Assembly (NCBI GenBank): GCA_009914755.4
Contig: CP086569.2
Coordinates: 6,048,001 to 6,112,000, forward strand
Source of the DNA: the human T2T-CHM13v2.0 reference genome, Homo sapiens
Direction of reading: 5' to 3'
DNA: 64,000 bases
In this document: positions 36,673-53,920 of the stretch, one piece after another
Layout: each line of letters opens with the position of its first letter
Position numbering within the stretch: the first letter of the stretch is position 1
Notes under the pieces: generated by a model
Database searches by the model: none
What the model was told of the DNA's origin: nothing
The model's input: only the letters and a program-made list of their open reading frames with translations
Program-made: the position numbers and the translations under genes

Positions 36673-38980
36673 TTAAGCAGACTGCACATACAAGCACAAA
36701 CACAGAGACACACAATCACACAATGCCACACACATACACAGACTTTCAACACTCACAACACTCCCACAGAAACACACAGTCTGGCAGCCTCTGAGGTTGT
36801 GTGGTTCTGCAGGAAGCCACACCTGGCATAGAGCAACCCTGGGGAACACAGGCGAGCTGTAACTAGAAATCACATGGGGGCAAGTTTCAAAAAAACTCAC
36901 ACCTACATCTAGGCAGGCCTGAGGTAAACAGCAGATCCTTTTGGATTCCTAAAGATTTTGCAGTTTATTCCTGGGACTATGCTTTCATTTCCTCACACTG
37001 TCTCTCATCTGAAATCTCCTAGGATCATGGGACTATCCCGCGGATTCTGCAGAGAAGACAGGTGACAGTTCACCATGGACAAACCTCTACGGAGGTCTCC
37101 TTCTCTGACAGGAGGCAGGGACTTGTGGCTAGGCAGTGGTGATATTTTTGGGATGCTAGCCAGAGCTCACAGTCTGACCTGGAGAATAGTGCATGTGCAT
37201 TCATGAAGCAGGCTCGGGCACCCAGCTCTTACAGCTGTCAGTCTGACTAGCAGAGAAAAATGGTAGAGGCAGAGCTGGCATACTATCAGAAAAAATGCTG
37301 CCTGTGAAAACCCACTGTGGGTCCCCAAAAGTCTCAACCTCAGGGCCCCTTCAGGCAGCCTCTGTGGTCGGGTCCCACTGGAGGAGGATGCATTTCAAGA
37401 CTGTGAGGTTGTCACTGGAATCCACTCTTCCAGCTTCATTCCCATAGGAGGCTGTGTGCCAGAATCGAATACGATGGGGTGTCAGTGAAAGATGGCCAGG
37501 CTTTTGACCTCACTGTCTCCCTTCATCCTGGGCCTTGCAGGGATTCTTTGAGAAAGGAAGGAACCATGAAAAAGCCAAGTCCAATGTGAAACAGTACTTT
37601 GGACTGGCCTCTCATGGGTGCAGATAAAATTGAGACCATGTCTCAGAGGTTGTCTGTGGCAATGGCAAGCCTGAGAAGAGTGTCCAGTGGTGCTATTGAG
37701 GGGCACTGTGGATTCAACATGAAAACAAAGAAAAATCAATGCTCACCAGAGAGAATGGGCTGCCTTGTGATGGAGCCCAGAAATTTTCAATATTTCCTGT
37801 CAGAGGACCCAAAACCCTGCTGCAAAGTGCTAACAACCTCAGTCACCACAATGAGAAAATGACCCAAAACCTATAGTGCAGCCAGCCTACCCAAAGACCT
37901 TTTTGCTTTATGAAATCCCTGGCAGCTAAATAATTTGTGGTGAAAAGCAGTCCAATCCAGCAGCAGCCCAATAAAAAATCACTTCCACAATCAGAAGGTG
38001 GTGCAGATGAGATGAAACAAATGCTGGATTACTGGGCAAAAGCCAGACATGGCTGCCTGATTTTCATTCTTCAGGAATCATGCAGCCCTCCAATAGAAGA
38101 GGGAGAACAGGAGTTTTCTTGCTGGCAGCTGTAATGGGAATTTATTGTTTTAAAAGTATCTAAGATGCCCAGTCATTAAAACATGACTGTTTAGAAGGAA
38201 ACACTCATGCAATGGATTCCCATGAGGGTGATTCTCTGTGAACTGGGAAATGTTTAGTGTGGAAGTCATCGAGCCAGTCACAGTAAACCCTCAGCCAATG
38301 ATGGACATGGAAGTCAGGAAAAGAAGAGGCAAGTTTAGGGGTCACATTGCACACAGCATTAATGCATTCCACCCCCATTTGGCTGAGATATGAAAGCTCT
38401 CATGTGAGAAGTTTGCCAGAATGGCCCCAATTTGTATACCAAGTGTCCCTTGAAGGTTGAAGTAATTCCACCTGAAACCAGGACATGGTGTGGACAATTC
38501 CTTTGCAGGTGAAATTGTGGGACTCTATCCACCCCTCAGTAGATTATATACTCACCTCTATCTGACCTTATTGCTGCTCACATTCTATTTCACAGGATGA
38601 AATCCCAAGACAATAGAAGTGTGTCCCTTCATGATGTGAAGCATCTGATTGAATTCGAGGTAAATTCAAGGGGCCTTGAAGACAGGATGACTAGTGTCTC
38701 TCCCTGATTTGGCCACAGGATGAGAAAACACTGGGATATGTTTGTTTGTGTGTGTGTGTGGTGTGCTCCTCTTCTTTCTAGAGAGGGCCTTTTTTTATTT
38801 CAAGGGGAGGTAATTTGGATGCCGGGGGGTCTCAGGCCACCTCCCAGTTCACCATGGATTCATGATCAACAGAAAAATAGAGAACATGGAGCCCTGCAGC
38901 TCCAGCAGAGCCACACAAGCCAACAAAAGATAGGAGTCTCAAAAAAAAAAGAAATGCTGGAGTGTGTTAGCCCCATTCCT
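36673..38980 (+). repeat. macrosatellite unit U15 (2308 bp; small deletions)
   Basis: Boundary motif at 36673. A ~90 bp deletion at ~37475 and a ~80 bp deletion at ~38490. Exon-like block at ~38505. Confidence 0.85.
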
Positions 38981-41443
38981 TTAAGCTGACTCCACTTACA
39001 GGCACACACACACAAACACACACAGACACAAACACACATGCAGACATCCAACACTTGCAACACTCCTACAGAAACACACAGCCCAGCAGCTCTAGAGGCT
39101 GTGTGGTTCTTCATGAAACCCCACCTGGGAGACATCAATCCTGGGGAACAACTGGGGGCTGTATCTAGAAATCACAGTGGGGCAGTTTCTGGAAGACTAA
39201 TTTCTACAATATCTTGGTGGAACTGAGAAATCCTGCAAATACTTTTGGATCTTTGGGGATTTCACAGTTTATTCCTTGGGCTATGCTTGAATTTTTTCAG
39301 GCTGGCTCATGCCTGCCCTCTCCTAGGATCATGTGTCTATCCCATGGATCCCACAGAGAAAACAAGCAAGAGTACAACACCACTGCACCTTCACAGAGGC
39401 CTGTTTCTCAGCTAAGTAGCAGGGACTTGTCACTAGGCCACGGTGACATTTAATGTGATGCTAGCCAAAGCTCACAATCAGGCCTGGTGCCCTGAGACAA
39501 GCATGTGCATATTCGTGATGTCAGCGTAGGAACTTGTCTGTCAGAGCTGTCAGCCTGCCTTAGCAGAAAAAAATGGTACAGGCAGAGCCAGGTTGGTATC
39601 ATGAAAAAGGCTGCTGGCAAAAATCCACTGTGGGATATTAAGAGTCTCAACCTCAGGAATGCTTTGGGCCATCTCCGTTGTCAGGTTTCTCTGGAGAAGG
39701 AGGTGTTTCATGACTGTGAGTGAGTCTCTGGAAACTGCCCTTCTGACTCCATTCTGAAAAGAGGCTGTGTAAGAATCAGGTCGCTTGGGGATTGGAATAT
39801 AGTCTGGTATGTTGTTGAGGGTTATTTTGGTGATAGGAACTTACCTGAGAACCCAGAAGTGGGTGTCAGTGAAAGATGGCTGGGCTCTTGACCTCACTGT
39901 CTCCCTTCATCCTGGTCCTTGCAGGGCCTCTCTGCAAAAGGCAGGAACCACGACAAAGGATAGTCCACAGTAAAGCAGTGTGCTGACACCTGGGGCTCAC
40001 AACTCACAGGTGCAGATGAGGTTGAGACAGTGTCTAAGAGGCTGTTTGTGGTGATGGTAAGCCTGAAAATGGTGTCCAGTACTACTGTTGAGGGGCAATG
40101 TGGATTCCCCATGAAAGCAAAGAAAAATCAATGCTCACCTGAAAGAATGAGCTACCTTGTGATGGAGTCCAAGCAATGTTCAATGACTCATATCAGAGGG
40201 CTCAAAAGCCTCTGACAAAGTGCAAACAATCTCAGTCCCCACAACAGGACAATGACACACAACCTGGACTCAGCCAGCCTACCTGAGGTCACTTTGGTTC
40301 TCAGAAATCTTTGGCAACCAAATAATCTGTGGCAAGAGGCCGTTCCATCCAGCAACAGCCCAATGAAAGAGCCCCTCCGCAATGAGACTGCAGTGCAGAA
40401 GAAATAAAACAGAGGCTAGATTACCAGACAAAAGCCAGAAATGGCTGCCTGCTTCTCATCCTACAGGAATCCTGTAACCCTCTGGTAGAAGTGGGAGAAA
40501 CAAGAGTTTCCTTATTGGTGGCAGTAATGGGAATTTATGGTTTTAAAAGTATCAAAGCTCCCCAGTCATTACAACCTGATAGTGTTTAGAAGGAAACATT
40601 CATGCAATGAATTCTCATGGGGGTTGTTCTTCATGAACTGGGAAATGTTTAGTGTGGAAGTCGTTGAGCCAGACCCAGGAAACCATATGCTCATGAGAAA
40701 CATGAAAGTCAGGAAAAGAAGAGGCAAGTCTGGAGGCCACATCCCACCCAGCATCAATCCATTCCACCTCCATTTGACTCCAGGTAAGAAAGCCCTCAAA
40801 TCTGGAGTTTGCCAGGACGGCCTCAATTTGCACTCCAAATGGTCTTTTACTGTGGAGTACTCCCAACTGAACAGTGGGCCATGGTGTGGAATGCTGGTGC
40901 TTAAAGTAATGTGGAAATGGAGTTGAAAGCTCCTTGTTTGTCATCAGTATTCATATTTTTTTACAGGTGGGGTTGCAGAACCCCATCCAACCCTTACTAG
41001 ATTGTATCCACACCCCTATCTGACTTTATTTCTGCTTACACTCTATTTCTCAGGATGAAATCCCAAGATGATGGAGGCTTTCCCCCTTATGACATGAAGC
41101 ACCTGCTTGGCTGACAACTGAATTCGAGGTTAATTCAAGGGGCCCTGTGGACAGGACTGACAGTGTCTCTCCTTGGGTTTGCCTCAAGATAATGAAAAAC
41201 TAGGAGTTGTCTGTTTTTGGTGTGGTTTGCTCCTCTTCTTTCTAGAAGAGTGGCTTTTTTCACAGGGGTGGTGATTTGGATGCCGGGGTATCTCAGCTGC
41301 CATTGAATTCACTGTGGATTCATGATCCACAGGAAAATGAAGAACATGGAGCCCCAAACCCCAAGCAGAGCCACATAGACTGGCCACAAAAAGGTTGGAA
41401 AACTAAAAAAAAAGAAGCACTGATGTGTGTTAGCCATATTCCT
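38981..41443 (+). repeat. macrosatellite unit U16 (2463 bp)
   Basis: Boundary motif at 38981. Exon-like block at ~40965. Confidence 0.85.
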
Positions 41444-43139
41444 TTAAGCAGACTGCACTTAAAAGCACACACACACAGACACACACCAACAAGCACACAA
41501 TGCCACACACACATGCAGACATCCAACACTTGCAACAGTCCCACAGAAACACACAGCCTGGCAGCTCCTGATGCTCAGTGGTTCTGTAGGAAGCCCCACC
41601 TTGGAGTGAGCAACCTCGGAGAACAGAAGAAGGATGTACCTAAAAATCACCTAGGGGCACTTTTCAAAAATTCTCACCCCTACAGCATTTAGGCAGGCCT
41701 AATGAATCCTGCATATCATTTTGGATTATTAGGGATTTTGCAGTTTATTTCTGGGGCTCTGCTTGAGGTTTCTTCAGGCTGAATCATGTCTGCCCTTTCC
41801 TACATTCATGGGACTATTACATGTTGCTGGCAATGGTGACGTTCATTATGGTGCTAGCCAAAGCTCACTTTCAGGCCTGGTGCTCTGAGAGTGGTGCTTG
41901 CTTGTTCATGAGACAGGTTGGGCACCAGGCTGTCAGAGCTGTCAGCCTGCCTAAGCAGAGGAAAAGGTTACAGGCAGAGATGGCCTATTGTCAGGAAAAA
42001 GGCTGCATATGAAAACCCTCTGCAGGACTGTTAATGTCTTGACCCCAGGGCCTCTTCCAGCTGTATCAGTGGTTTGGTCCTGCTGGAGGAGGAGGCAATT
42101 TGAGATTGTGATGGGGTCTTTGGAAACTGCTCTCTGACTCAATTTTCAAAAGAGGCTGTGTGGAAGAATCAGATAGCTATGGGGACTGGAAGATAGTCTG
42201 CAGATGAAGGGAAACAGAGCCTAGATTACAAGGCAAAAGCCAGACATGGCTGCCTGGTTCTCCTCCTTCACGAACCCTGCAGCCCTCTGATAACGGTGGG
42301 AGAACAAAAGTTTCCCTGTTGCTGGTTGTAATAGTAGTTTATGATTTTAAAAGTATCACAGAAACTCAGTCATTAAATCGTGACAGTGTTTACAAGTAAA
42401 TACTCACACAATGCATTTTTATGATGGTCTTCTGTGAACAGGGAAGAGTTTAGTGTGGAAGATGTTGAGCCAGATCCAGGAAGCCCTACACCAATGAGGA
42501 CAATGGAAGTCAGTAAAAGAGGACACAAATGTGGAGGCCACAACCCACCCAGCATCAATCTATTCCACTTCCATTTGACTACAGGTATTAAAACCCTCAA
42601 ACCAGGAGTTTTCCAGATTGGCCACAATTTGCACTCCAAATTTTTCCTGCAGGTTGGAGTACTCCCACCTAAACACCAGGCCATGTTGTTGACTGATTTT
42701 GCAATTATGGGAATGTGGGGATGGAGTTGGAAGCACATTCTGTGTCATCTATTTTCACCCTTTTTGCTGGTGAAGGTACGGGACCCCATCCACCCTTCAC
42801 CAGGTTGTATACTCACCCCTATCTGACCTTATTGCTGTCACACTCTCTGTACCAGCATGAAATCTCAAGATGATGGAGGATTGCACCCTCAGGACATGAA
42901 GCACCTACTTGGCTGGGAACTGAATTCTAGGTAAATTAAAGGGGCTATGCAGACCAGAGTGCTAGTGTCTGTGGGTTGGCTGCTTTATAATGCAACACTG
43001 GGAGATGTCTGTTCTTGGGTGTGGTGCTCTCCTCTTCTTTGTAGAAGAGTACCTGTTTTTTTGGCAGGGGCAGACGATGGGGAACCCGGCTGGTCACAGA
43101 CAGCTTAACTAGTCATTGCTGATTCCTGATCCACAGAAT
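41444..43139 (+). repeat. macrosatellite unit U17 (short, 1696 bp; ~610 bp internal deletion and degenerate 3' boundary)
   Basis: Boundary motif at 41444. A deletion at ~42200 (ggaagatagtctg|cagatgaagggaaacagag) starts at the ctggtgagtt site. Exon-like block at ~42765. About 150 bp is missing at the U17/U18 junction. Confidence 0.8.
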
Positions 43140-45643
43140 TCATTTACATACACACACACAGACACATACACAAACACACAAAGCCACACACACATGCTGA
43201 CATCCAACACTCGCAACACTCCCACAGTAACACACAGCCCAGTAGCTTCTGAGGCTGTGTCATTCTGCAGAAAGCCCCACCTGGGAGAGAGAAACTGCTG
43301 GGAACACAGGAAGGCTGAAGTTGGAAATTACAGTGGGACACATTTCAATAAGACTAACCCCTACAATGTCTAGGCAGGCCTGACAAATTCTGCAGATCCT
43401 TTTGGATCTGTAGTGATTTTGTGCTTCATTCCTGGGGCTCTGCTTGACATTTCTTCAGGCTGGCTCACATCTACCCTCTCCTAGGATCATGGAACTGTCC
43501 CATGGATCCCACAGAGAAGACAGGTGACAGTGCACCACCATTGTACCTCCACAGAGGTCTCCTTCTCTACCAAGCCAAAGGGAATTGTTACTAGCAAAGC
43601 TGGCATTCATTGTGACACTAGCTACAGCTCACAGCTCAGGTCCATTGCCCTAAGACTAGCACATCCACATATAGTGACTCAAACTGGAGCACCAGGGTGT
43701 CAGGGCTGTCAGCCTGCCTAAGCAGAGGAAAATGGTACAGGCAGAGCTGGCTTGGTATCAGGATAAAGGCTGCCTGTGATAACGCATTGCAGTACCCTAA
43801 AAGTCTCAAACTTAGGGCCCTTATATGCCATCTCCATGGTCAGATCACATGGGAGGCAGAGCCGTTTCAAGACTGTGAGGTTGTCTCTGGAAACTACTCT
43901 TCTGACTCCATTCCTGAAAGGGGTTTTGTGAAAGAATCATGCCCCATGAGGATTGAAATATATTCTGGTGAGATGTTGAGCAGTCTTTGGATGATGGACT
44001 TATACCTGAAATACCAGAAAAGGGTGTCAGCAAAAGATGGCCTGGCACTTGACCTCTCTGCACTCATTCATCCTGGGTTGGGTAGGTGCTATCTGGGAAA
44101 AGCAGGAACCAAGACAAAGGCAAGTCCAAATTGAAACAGTGTTCTCATACCTCAAACTGGCCTCTCACAGGTGCAGATGTGGTTCAAACAGTGTCTCAGA
44201 GGCCATCTGTGGTGATGGCAAGCCTGAAAAGTGTATCCAGTAGTGTGGTTGAGTGGCAATGTGAATCCCCCATGAAAGCCAAGAAACATCAAGCATCATC
44301 TGAAAGAACGAGCTGACTTGTGCTAGAGTCCAAGCAATGTACCAATATTCCTGTCACAGAAATAAAAAGCCTCTTTCAAAATGCAAACAACCTCAGACCC
44401 CACAACAAGACAATGACCTAAAACCCGATGTGCAGCCAGTCTACTCTATAACCATTTTGCTTCCTGAAATCCCTGGCAGCCAAAATATCTGTGGCAAGAG
44501 GCATACCCATCCATTAACAGCCCAATGAAAGAACCCATTCACAATGAGAAGGAGGAGCAGATGAAATGAAGCAGAGGCTAGATTACCAGGCAAAATCTAG
44601 ACACAGCTACATGCTTCTCATAATACAAGAATCATGCAGCCCTCTGAGAGCAGAGGGAAAAGAAGAGTTTCATTGTTGGTGGCTGTAATGGGAATTTAGT
44701 TTTAAAAGCATCAAAGCTGCCCAGTTATTAAAACGTGACAGTGTTTAGAAGAAAACACTCACTCAGTGGATTCCCATGAGGGATGTTCTCCATGAACTCA
44801 GAAATGTTTAGTGTAACAGTTGTTCAGCCAAACCCAGGAAACCCCAGGCCAATGAGGAACATGCAAGTGAGGAAAAGAAGAGGCAAGTTTGGAGGCCACA
44901 TCCCACCCAACATCAATTCATTCCACTCCCATTTGGCTCCGGGTTTGAAAGCCTTCAAATCAGAAGTTTGACAGGATGGGCCGGATTTGCACTCCAAATG
45001 TTCCTTTCACATTGCAGTGCTCCAACTTGAACCCACATTATGGTGTGGACTACTTGTGTAATTAAGGGAATGTGGGGGTTGAGTTGGAAGCACCTTCTGT
45101 GTCATCTGTCTTCATGTTTTTTTTGCAGGTGAAGTTGTGGGGCTTCATCCAACCTTCACCAGATTGTATCCTCACTCCTACCTGACCCTATTCCTGCTCA
45201 CCCTGTATGTCCCAGGATAAATGCCCAGACGATGGAGGAGTGCCGTCTCATGACCAGAAGAACCTGCTTGGCAGTGAACTGAATTCTTGGTAAATTCAAG
45301 GGGCCATGAGGACAGGACTGACAGTGTCTCTTTCTTGGTTGGCCACAGGACAATGAAACACTGGCAGATGCCTGTTTTTTTTTTTCTTTTTTTTTTTTTT
45401 TGTTTTGTTTTGTTTTGGTGTGGTGTGCTCCTCTTCATTCTAGAAGAGTGGCTTTTTTTGCTGTGGTAGGTGACTTGGATGCTGGTAGGTCTCAGCCCGG
45501 CCCCCAATTCACTGTGGATTCATGAGCCACAGGAAAATAAAGAACATGGAGCCCTGCGGCCCAAGCAGAGCCACACAGACAGGCCACCAAATTTGTGAGA
45601 CTCAATTAAAAAAAGAAGCACCAAAGTGTGGTAGCCACATTCC
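43140..45643 (+). repeat. macrosatellite unit U18 (2504 bp; boundary motif degenerate)
   Basis: The boundary is reduced to ccacagaattcatttacatacacacacac at ~43130-43160. Exon-like block at ~45130. T-tract site (a) is expanded at 45375-45417. Confidence 0.8.
45375..45417 (+). repeat. Expanded T-rich tract at T-tract site (a): T10 c T19 followed by (GTTTT)3
   Basis: gatgcctgttttttttttcttttttttttttttttgttttgttttgttttggtgtgg. The homologous site is tgtttttggtgtgg (T5) in most units and T11 at 2226-2236. Confidence 0.9.
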
Positions 45644-48081
45644 TTAAGCAGACTCCACTTACAGGCACACACAAACACACACACACAAAAAACAAAGCCA
45701 CACACCCATGCCAACATCCAACTCTCACAACACTCTTTCAGAAACAGTTTGTCAGCTCCTGTGGCTGTGTGGTTTTGCAAGAAGCTAATGTGGCATAGAG
45801 CAACCCCAGGCAATACAGGTGGCCTGCTCCTAGAAATCACAGTACTGCAAGTTTCAAAAAGACTCACACCTACAAAGTCTAGGCAGGCCTAAGGAATCCT
45901 TCCGATTTTTTTGGATCCTTAGGGATTTTGAGGTTTATTCCTAGTGCTGTGGTCGATGTTTCTTCAGGCTGGCTCTCATTTGCCCTCTCCTAGGCTCATG
46001 GGACTATCCTGTGGTTTCCACAGAGAAGACAGGCAAGAGTTCACCAACCACGCAGCTCCACGTAGGCCTTTTTCTCTGCAAAGATGAAGGGACTTGTTGC
46101 TAGGCAACAATGACATTCATTGGGATGCTCACTAAAGCTCAATATCAGTCCTGGTGCCCTGAGACTTGTGCATGCACATTCGTGAGGCAGGCCCAGGTGC
46201 CTGGCCATCAGACCTGTCAGTCTGCCCAAGCAGAGGAAAATAATACAGGCAGAGCCAGACTGGTATTGGGAAAAATGCTGCCTGTGAAAACCCACTGCAG
46301 GATCCTAAAACTCTCAACCTAAGGCCGCCCCTTTCTGGCCACCTCTCTGGTCAGGTCCTACTGGAGGGAGAGGCATTTCCAGACTGTGAGGTGGTCACTG
46401 GAAACTGCTCTTCTGAATCCATTCCCAAAAGAGGCTGTGTGCCAGAAATGGGTCCCATGGTGATTGGAAAATTGTCTGGTGTGTCGTTGAGGGTTCTTTA
46501 AGTGATAGAATCATACCTGAGACCCCAGGTGTGAATGTCAAAGAAAGACAGCCTGGCTCTTGACCTCATTGCCTCCCTTTATTTTGGGCCTTGCAGGGGC
46601 CCTCTGGGAAAAGCAGGAACAACAACAAAGGCAAGTCCAAGGTAGAGCAGTGTTCTCATAGCTCATACTGGCCTCTCACAGGTGCTGATGAGATTCAGTG
46701 TCTCAGAGGACATCTGCAGTGATGGCGAGTCTAAAAAGGGTGTCCATTAGTGCTGTTGAGGGGCACTGTTGAATCCCAGTGAAAGCAAAAAAAAAATAAA
46801 AAATAAAAATATGAAGGCTTGCCTGAGAGAACAAGCTGCTTTGTGCAGGAGTTCAAGCTTTGTTGAATAATTCCTGTCAGAGGACCCAAAATCCTCCTGG
46901 AAAATGCAAACAACCTCAGCTCCCACTATGAGACAAGCATCACAACCTGGAGTGCAGCCAGCCTAACCAAAGTCCCTTTTGCTCTCTGAAATCCCTGGCA
47001 GCCAAACAGAGGCTAGATTACAAGACCAAGGCAGACACGGCTGTCAGCTTCTCACTTTTCAGGTATCATGCATCTCTCTGATAGTAGTGGGTGAACACGA
47101 GTTTCCTTATGGCAGCTGTAACAGGAATTTATCGTTTTAACAAATTCAAAGCCATGCAGTCATTAACACATGACAGCGTTTAGAAAGAAAAATTAATGCA
47201 ATGGATTTTCATAAGTCCCATTCTCCATGAATTCTGAAATGTTTAATGTGGAAGTCGTTGAGCCAGACCCAGGAAACCCTAGGCCTATAAGGAACATGGA
47301 AGTCAGGAAAAGAAGAGGCCATTGTGGAAGCCACATCCCAGACATCATCAATCTATTCTACTCACATTTGACTCTGGGTATAAAAGGCCTCAAATCCAGA
47401 GTTTGCCAAGATGGCCCCAATTTGCAGTCCAAATGTTTTTTGCACATTAGAGTACTCCCACCTGAACACTGGGCCAAGGTGCAGACAGATTGTGCAATTA
47501 AGAAAATGAGGGGATGGAGTTTGAAGAACTATCTTTGTTACCTGTCTTCATTATTTTTTTTTTTTGCAGATGAAGTTGCAGAACCCCATCCACTCCTCAC
47601 CAGATTTTATCCTCACCCCTATCTGAACTTTTCCCTGTTCACATTCTAGGTCCAAGGATGATATCCCAAGATGATAGAGGAGTTCCCCATCATGACATGA
47701 AGCACATGCTCAGCTGGGAGCCAAATTCTATGTAAATTCAAGGGGTCCTGCATACAGGACTGCTAGTGTTTCTTTCTGGGTTGGCCACAGAACACTGAAA
47801 CACTGGGAGATGTCTGTTTTTTGGTGTGGTGTGCTTCTCTTCTTTCTAGAAGTGTGTTGTTTTTTTGTGTGTGTGTGTTTTTTTGTTTGTTTGTTTTTGC
47901 AGGGGGAGGTGATTTGGACATTGGCGGGTCCCAGCCCACATCCTAATTTACTGCAGATTCATGATCCACAGAAAAAAAATAACACAAAGCCTCGCAGCCG
48001 AAGCAGAGCCACAGAGACAGGCCAACAAAAGGTTGGGAGATCCAAAAAAATGAAGCTCTGGAGTGTGTTTGCCACATTCCT
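45644..48081 (+). repeat. macrosatellite unit U19 (2438 bp)
   Basis: Boundary motif at 45644. Exon-like block at ~47565. T/GT-rich expansion at 47853-47900. Confidence 0.85.
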
Positions 48082-50490
48082 TTAAGTAGACTCAACTTAC
48101 AGGCACACATAGACACACACAAACACACTCATACACAAATACACAATACCAAACACACACAGACATCCAACACTTGCAACACTCCTGAAGAAACACAGCA
48201 CTTGGTAGCTTCTGAGGCTGCATGGTTTTGCTGGAATCCCCATTTGGGTGAAAGCAACCCGGGGGAACATGTGGGCTGTAACTAGAAATCATAGTGAAAC
48301 AAGTTTCAAGAAAACTCACCCTTACATCATCTAGGCAGGCCTGAGGAATCTTGCGATCTTTTGGATCCTTAGGGGTTTTGCCGTTTATTCCTGGGGCTCT
48401 GTTTGATGTTTCTTTCAGCTGGCTCATGTCTGCCCTCTTGTAGGATCATGAGACTGTCCCAAGTATCCCACAGAGAAGACAGGCAAGAGTCCACAGCTGA
48501 CATGCCTACAGCGAGGTCTCCTTCTCCCTCAAGAGGCAGGAACTTGTCTCTAGGCAATGCTGACATTCATTGTGATGCTAGCCAGAGTTCACAATGAGAA
48601 CTGGTACCCTGAGACTAGTGCATATGCATTCCCGGGGCAGGTACAAGTGCATGGCTGTCAGAGCTGTCAGCCTGCCTAAGCAGAGAAAAAATGGTACAGG
48701 TAAAACCGGTCTGGTGTTGTGAAAATGTTGCCTGCTAGAAGCCATGGTCAGACTCTACAGTCTCGACCTCAGGGCCCCTTCAGGCCATCTGCATGGTTGA
48801 GACCGGCTGGAGGAGGAGGCATTTTGAGACTGTGAGGTGGTGGCTGGAAACTGCTCTTCCTACTCCATTCCCAAAGGATGCTTTTTGCAAGAATCGGGTC
48901 TCATGGGAATTGGAATTTGGTCTGGTGTGTTGCTGAGGGTTCTTTGGGTGAGAGAATTATACGTGAGACCCCAGAGATGGGTGCCAATGAAAGATGGCTG
49001 GGCTATTTACCTCACTGTCTCTCTTCAGCCTGGGCCTTGATGGGGCCCTCTGCAAAAGGCAAAAACCATGACAAAGAGAAGTCCAACATGGGTCAGTGTT
49101 CTCACTTCGGTCTGGTCTCTCACGGGTGCAGATGAGGTTGAGACAATGTATCAGATGCCCTCTGTGGTGATAGCAAGCCTGAAACTGACCAGCAGTGCAT
49201 TTGTAGGGTACTGTGGATTCTCTATGAAAGAAAAGAAACATCAAAGCTCACCTCAGAGAATGACCTGTTTTGTGCTGGAGTCCAAGCAATGTTCAATGTT
49301 TCCAGGCAGAGTACCCAAAAGCCTCCTGAAAAGTGCAAACAACCTCAGTACTCACAATGAGACCAAAAACCACAACCCGGAGGGAGTCAGCCTACCTGAA
49401 GTTCTTTTCATCCTTGAAATCCCTGGCAGCCAATAGATCTGTGGTGAGAGGCAGTCCCATCCAGCAACAGCCCAGTGAAAGACCTTGTATACAAAGAGAA
49501 AGGACTTGCATATGCAATGAAACAGAGGCTAGATTTCCAGGCAAAAGCCCAACATAGTTGCCTGCTTTTTATGCTACAGGAATCATGCATCCCTCCAGTA
49601 AAAGTGAGAGAATAAGAATTTCTTTGTTGGTGGCTGTAATGAAAATTTACAGTGTTAAAATCATCACATCTGCCCAGCCTTTAAAACGTGACAGTGTTTA
49701 GAAGAAAACACTCATGCATTGGATTCCCATGAAGGTCGTCCTCCATGAACTGTGAATTGCTTAGTGTGGAAAGTGTGAAGCCAGACCCAGGAAATCCTAG
49801 GCCATGAGGAACATGGAAGTCAGGAAAAGAAGAGACAAGTGTGCAGGGCACATCCCACCTACCATCAATACATCCCACTCTCATTTGGCTCAGGGTATGA
49901 GAGCTCTCAAATTGGGAGTTTGTTAGAATGCCCTCAACTTGCACTCCAAATGTTCCCTGAACATTGTATTACTCCCACCTGAACACCGGGCCATAATGTG
50001 AACTGCTTCTGCAATTAAAGGAATGTGGGGATGCAATAGGAAGCAGCTTCTGCGTCATCAGTCTTCACGTTTTTTTTGCGGGAGAAAGTGCGGGAGTCTA
50101 TTTACGCCTCACCAGATTGTATCCTCACCCATATTTTACCTTCTTTCTGCTCATACTCTCTGTCCTAGAATGAAATCACAAGTTGATGGAGGAGTGCCAC
50201 ATGACGACATGAAGCCTCTGCTTGTCTGGGAACCAAATTCAAAGTAAATTCAAAGGGCCCTTCAGATAGTTCTGCTAGTTTCTCTCCCTGGGTCTGCCGC
50301 AGGACAATGAAACACAGAGATATTTGCTTTGGAGTGTGATGCGCTGTCTCCTAATTCACTGAGAATTCATACTCCACGGAAAAATAACGGAGATGGAGCC
50401 CTGCAACCCAAGCAGAGCTACACCAACAGGCCACCAAAAGGTTTGGAGATTCAAAAAGAGGAAGTGTTGCCGTGCGTTATCCACATTCCA
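48082..50490 (+). repeat. macrosatellite unit U20 (2409 bp)
   Basis: Boundary motif at 48082. Exon-like block at ~50075. Confidence 0.85.
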
Positions 50491-50724
50491 TTAAGCAGAC
50501 TCCACTTACAGCCACACACAAACACATAAACACACACACACACACACACAAACACACAAAGCCACGCAGATATGCAGACATCCAACACTTTCAACATTTC
50601 CACAGAAACACACAGCACGGCAGCTTCTGAGTTTGCGTGCTTCTGCAGGAAGCCCTAACTGAAAGAGAGGAACTTTGGGGAACACAGGTGGGCTGTACCT
50701 AGAAATCACAGTGGGGTAAGTTTC

Positions 50725-53920
<3,196 letters not shown>

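Noticed and set aside
42195-42210. Hypothesis that the ~610 bp deletion in U17 is a precisely removed GT-AG intron, which would imply an RNA-mediated retro-copy
   Set aside because: The 5' side does sit at the splice-donor-like ctg|gtgagt. The 3' junction, however, retains cag (tagtctg|cagatgaagg), so the deleted segment ends in ...catg, not ...ag. This is not a canonical intron excision.
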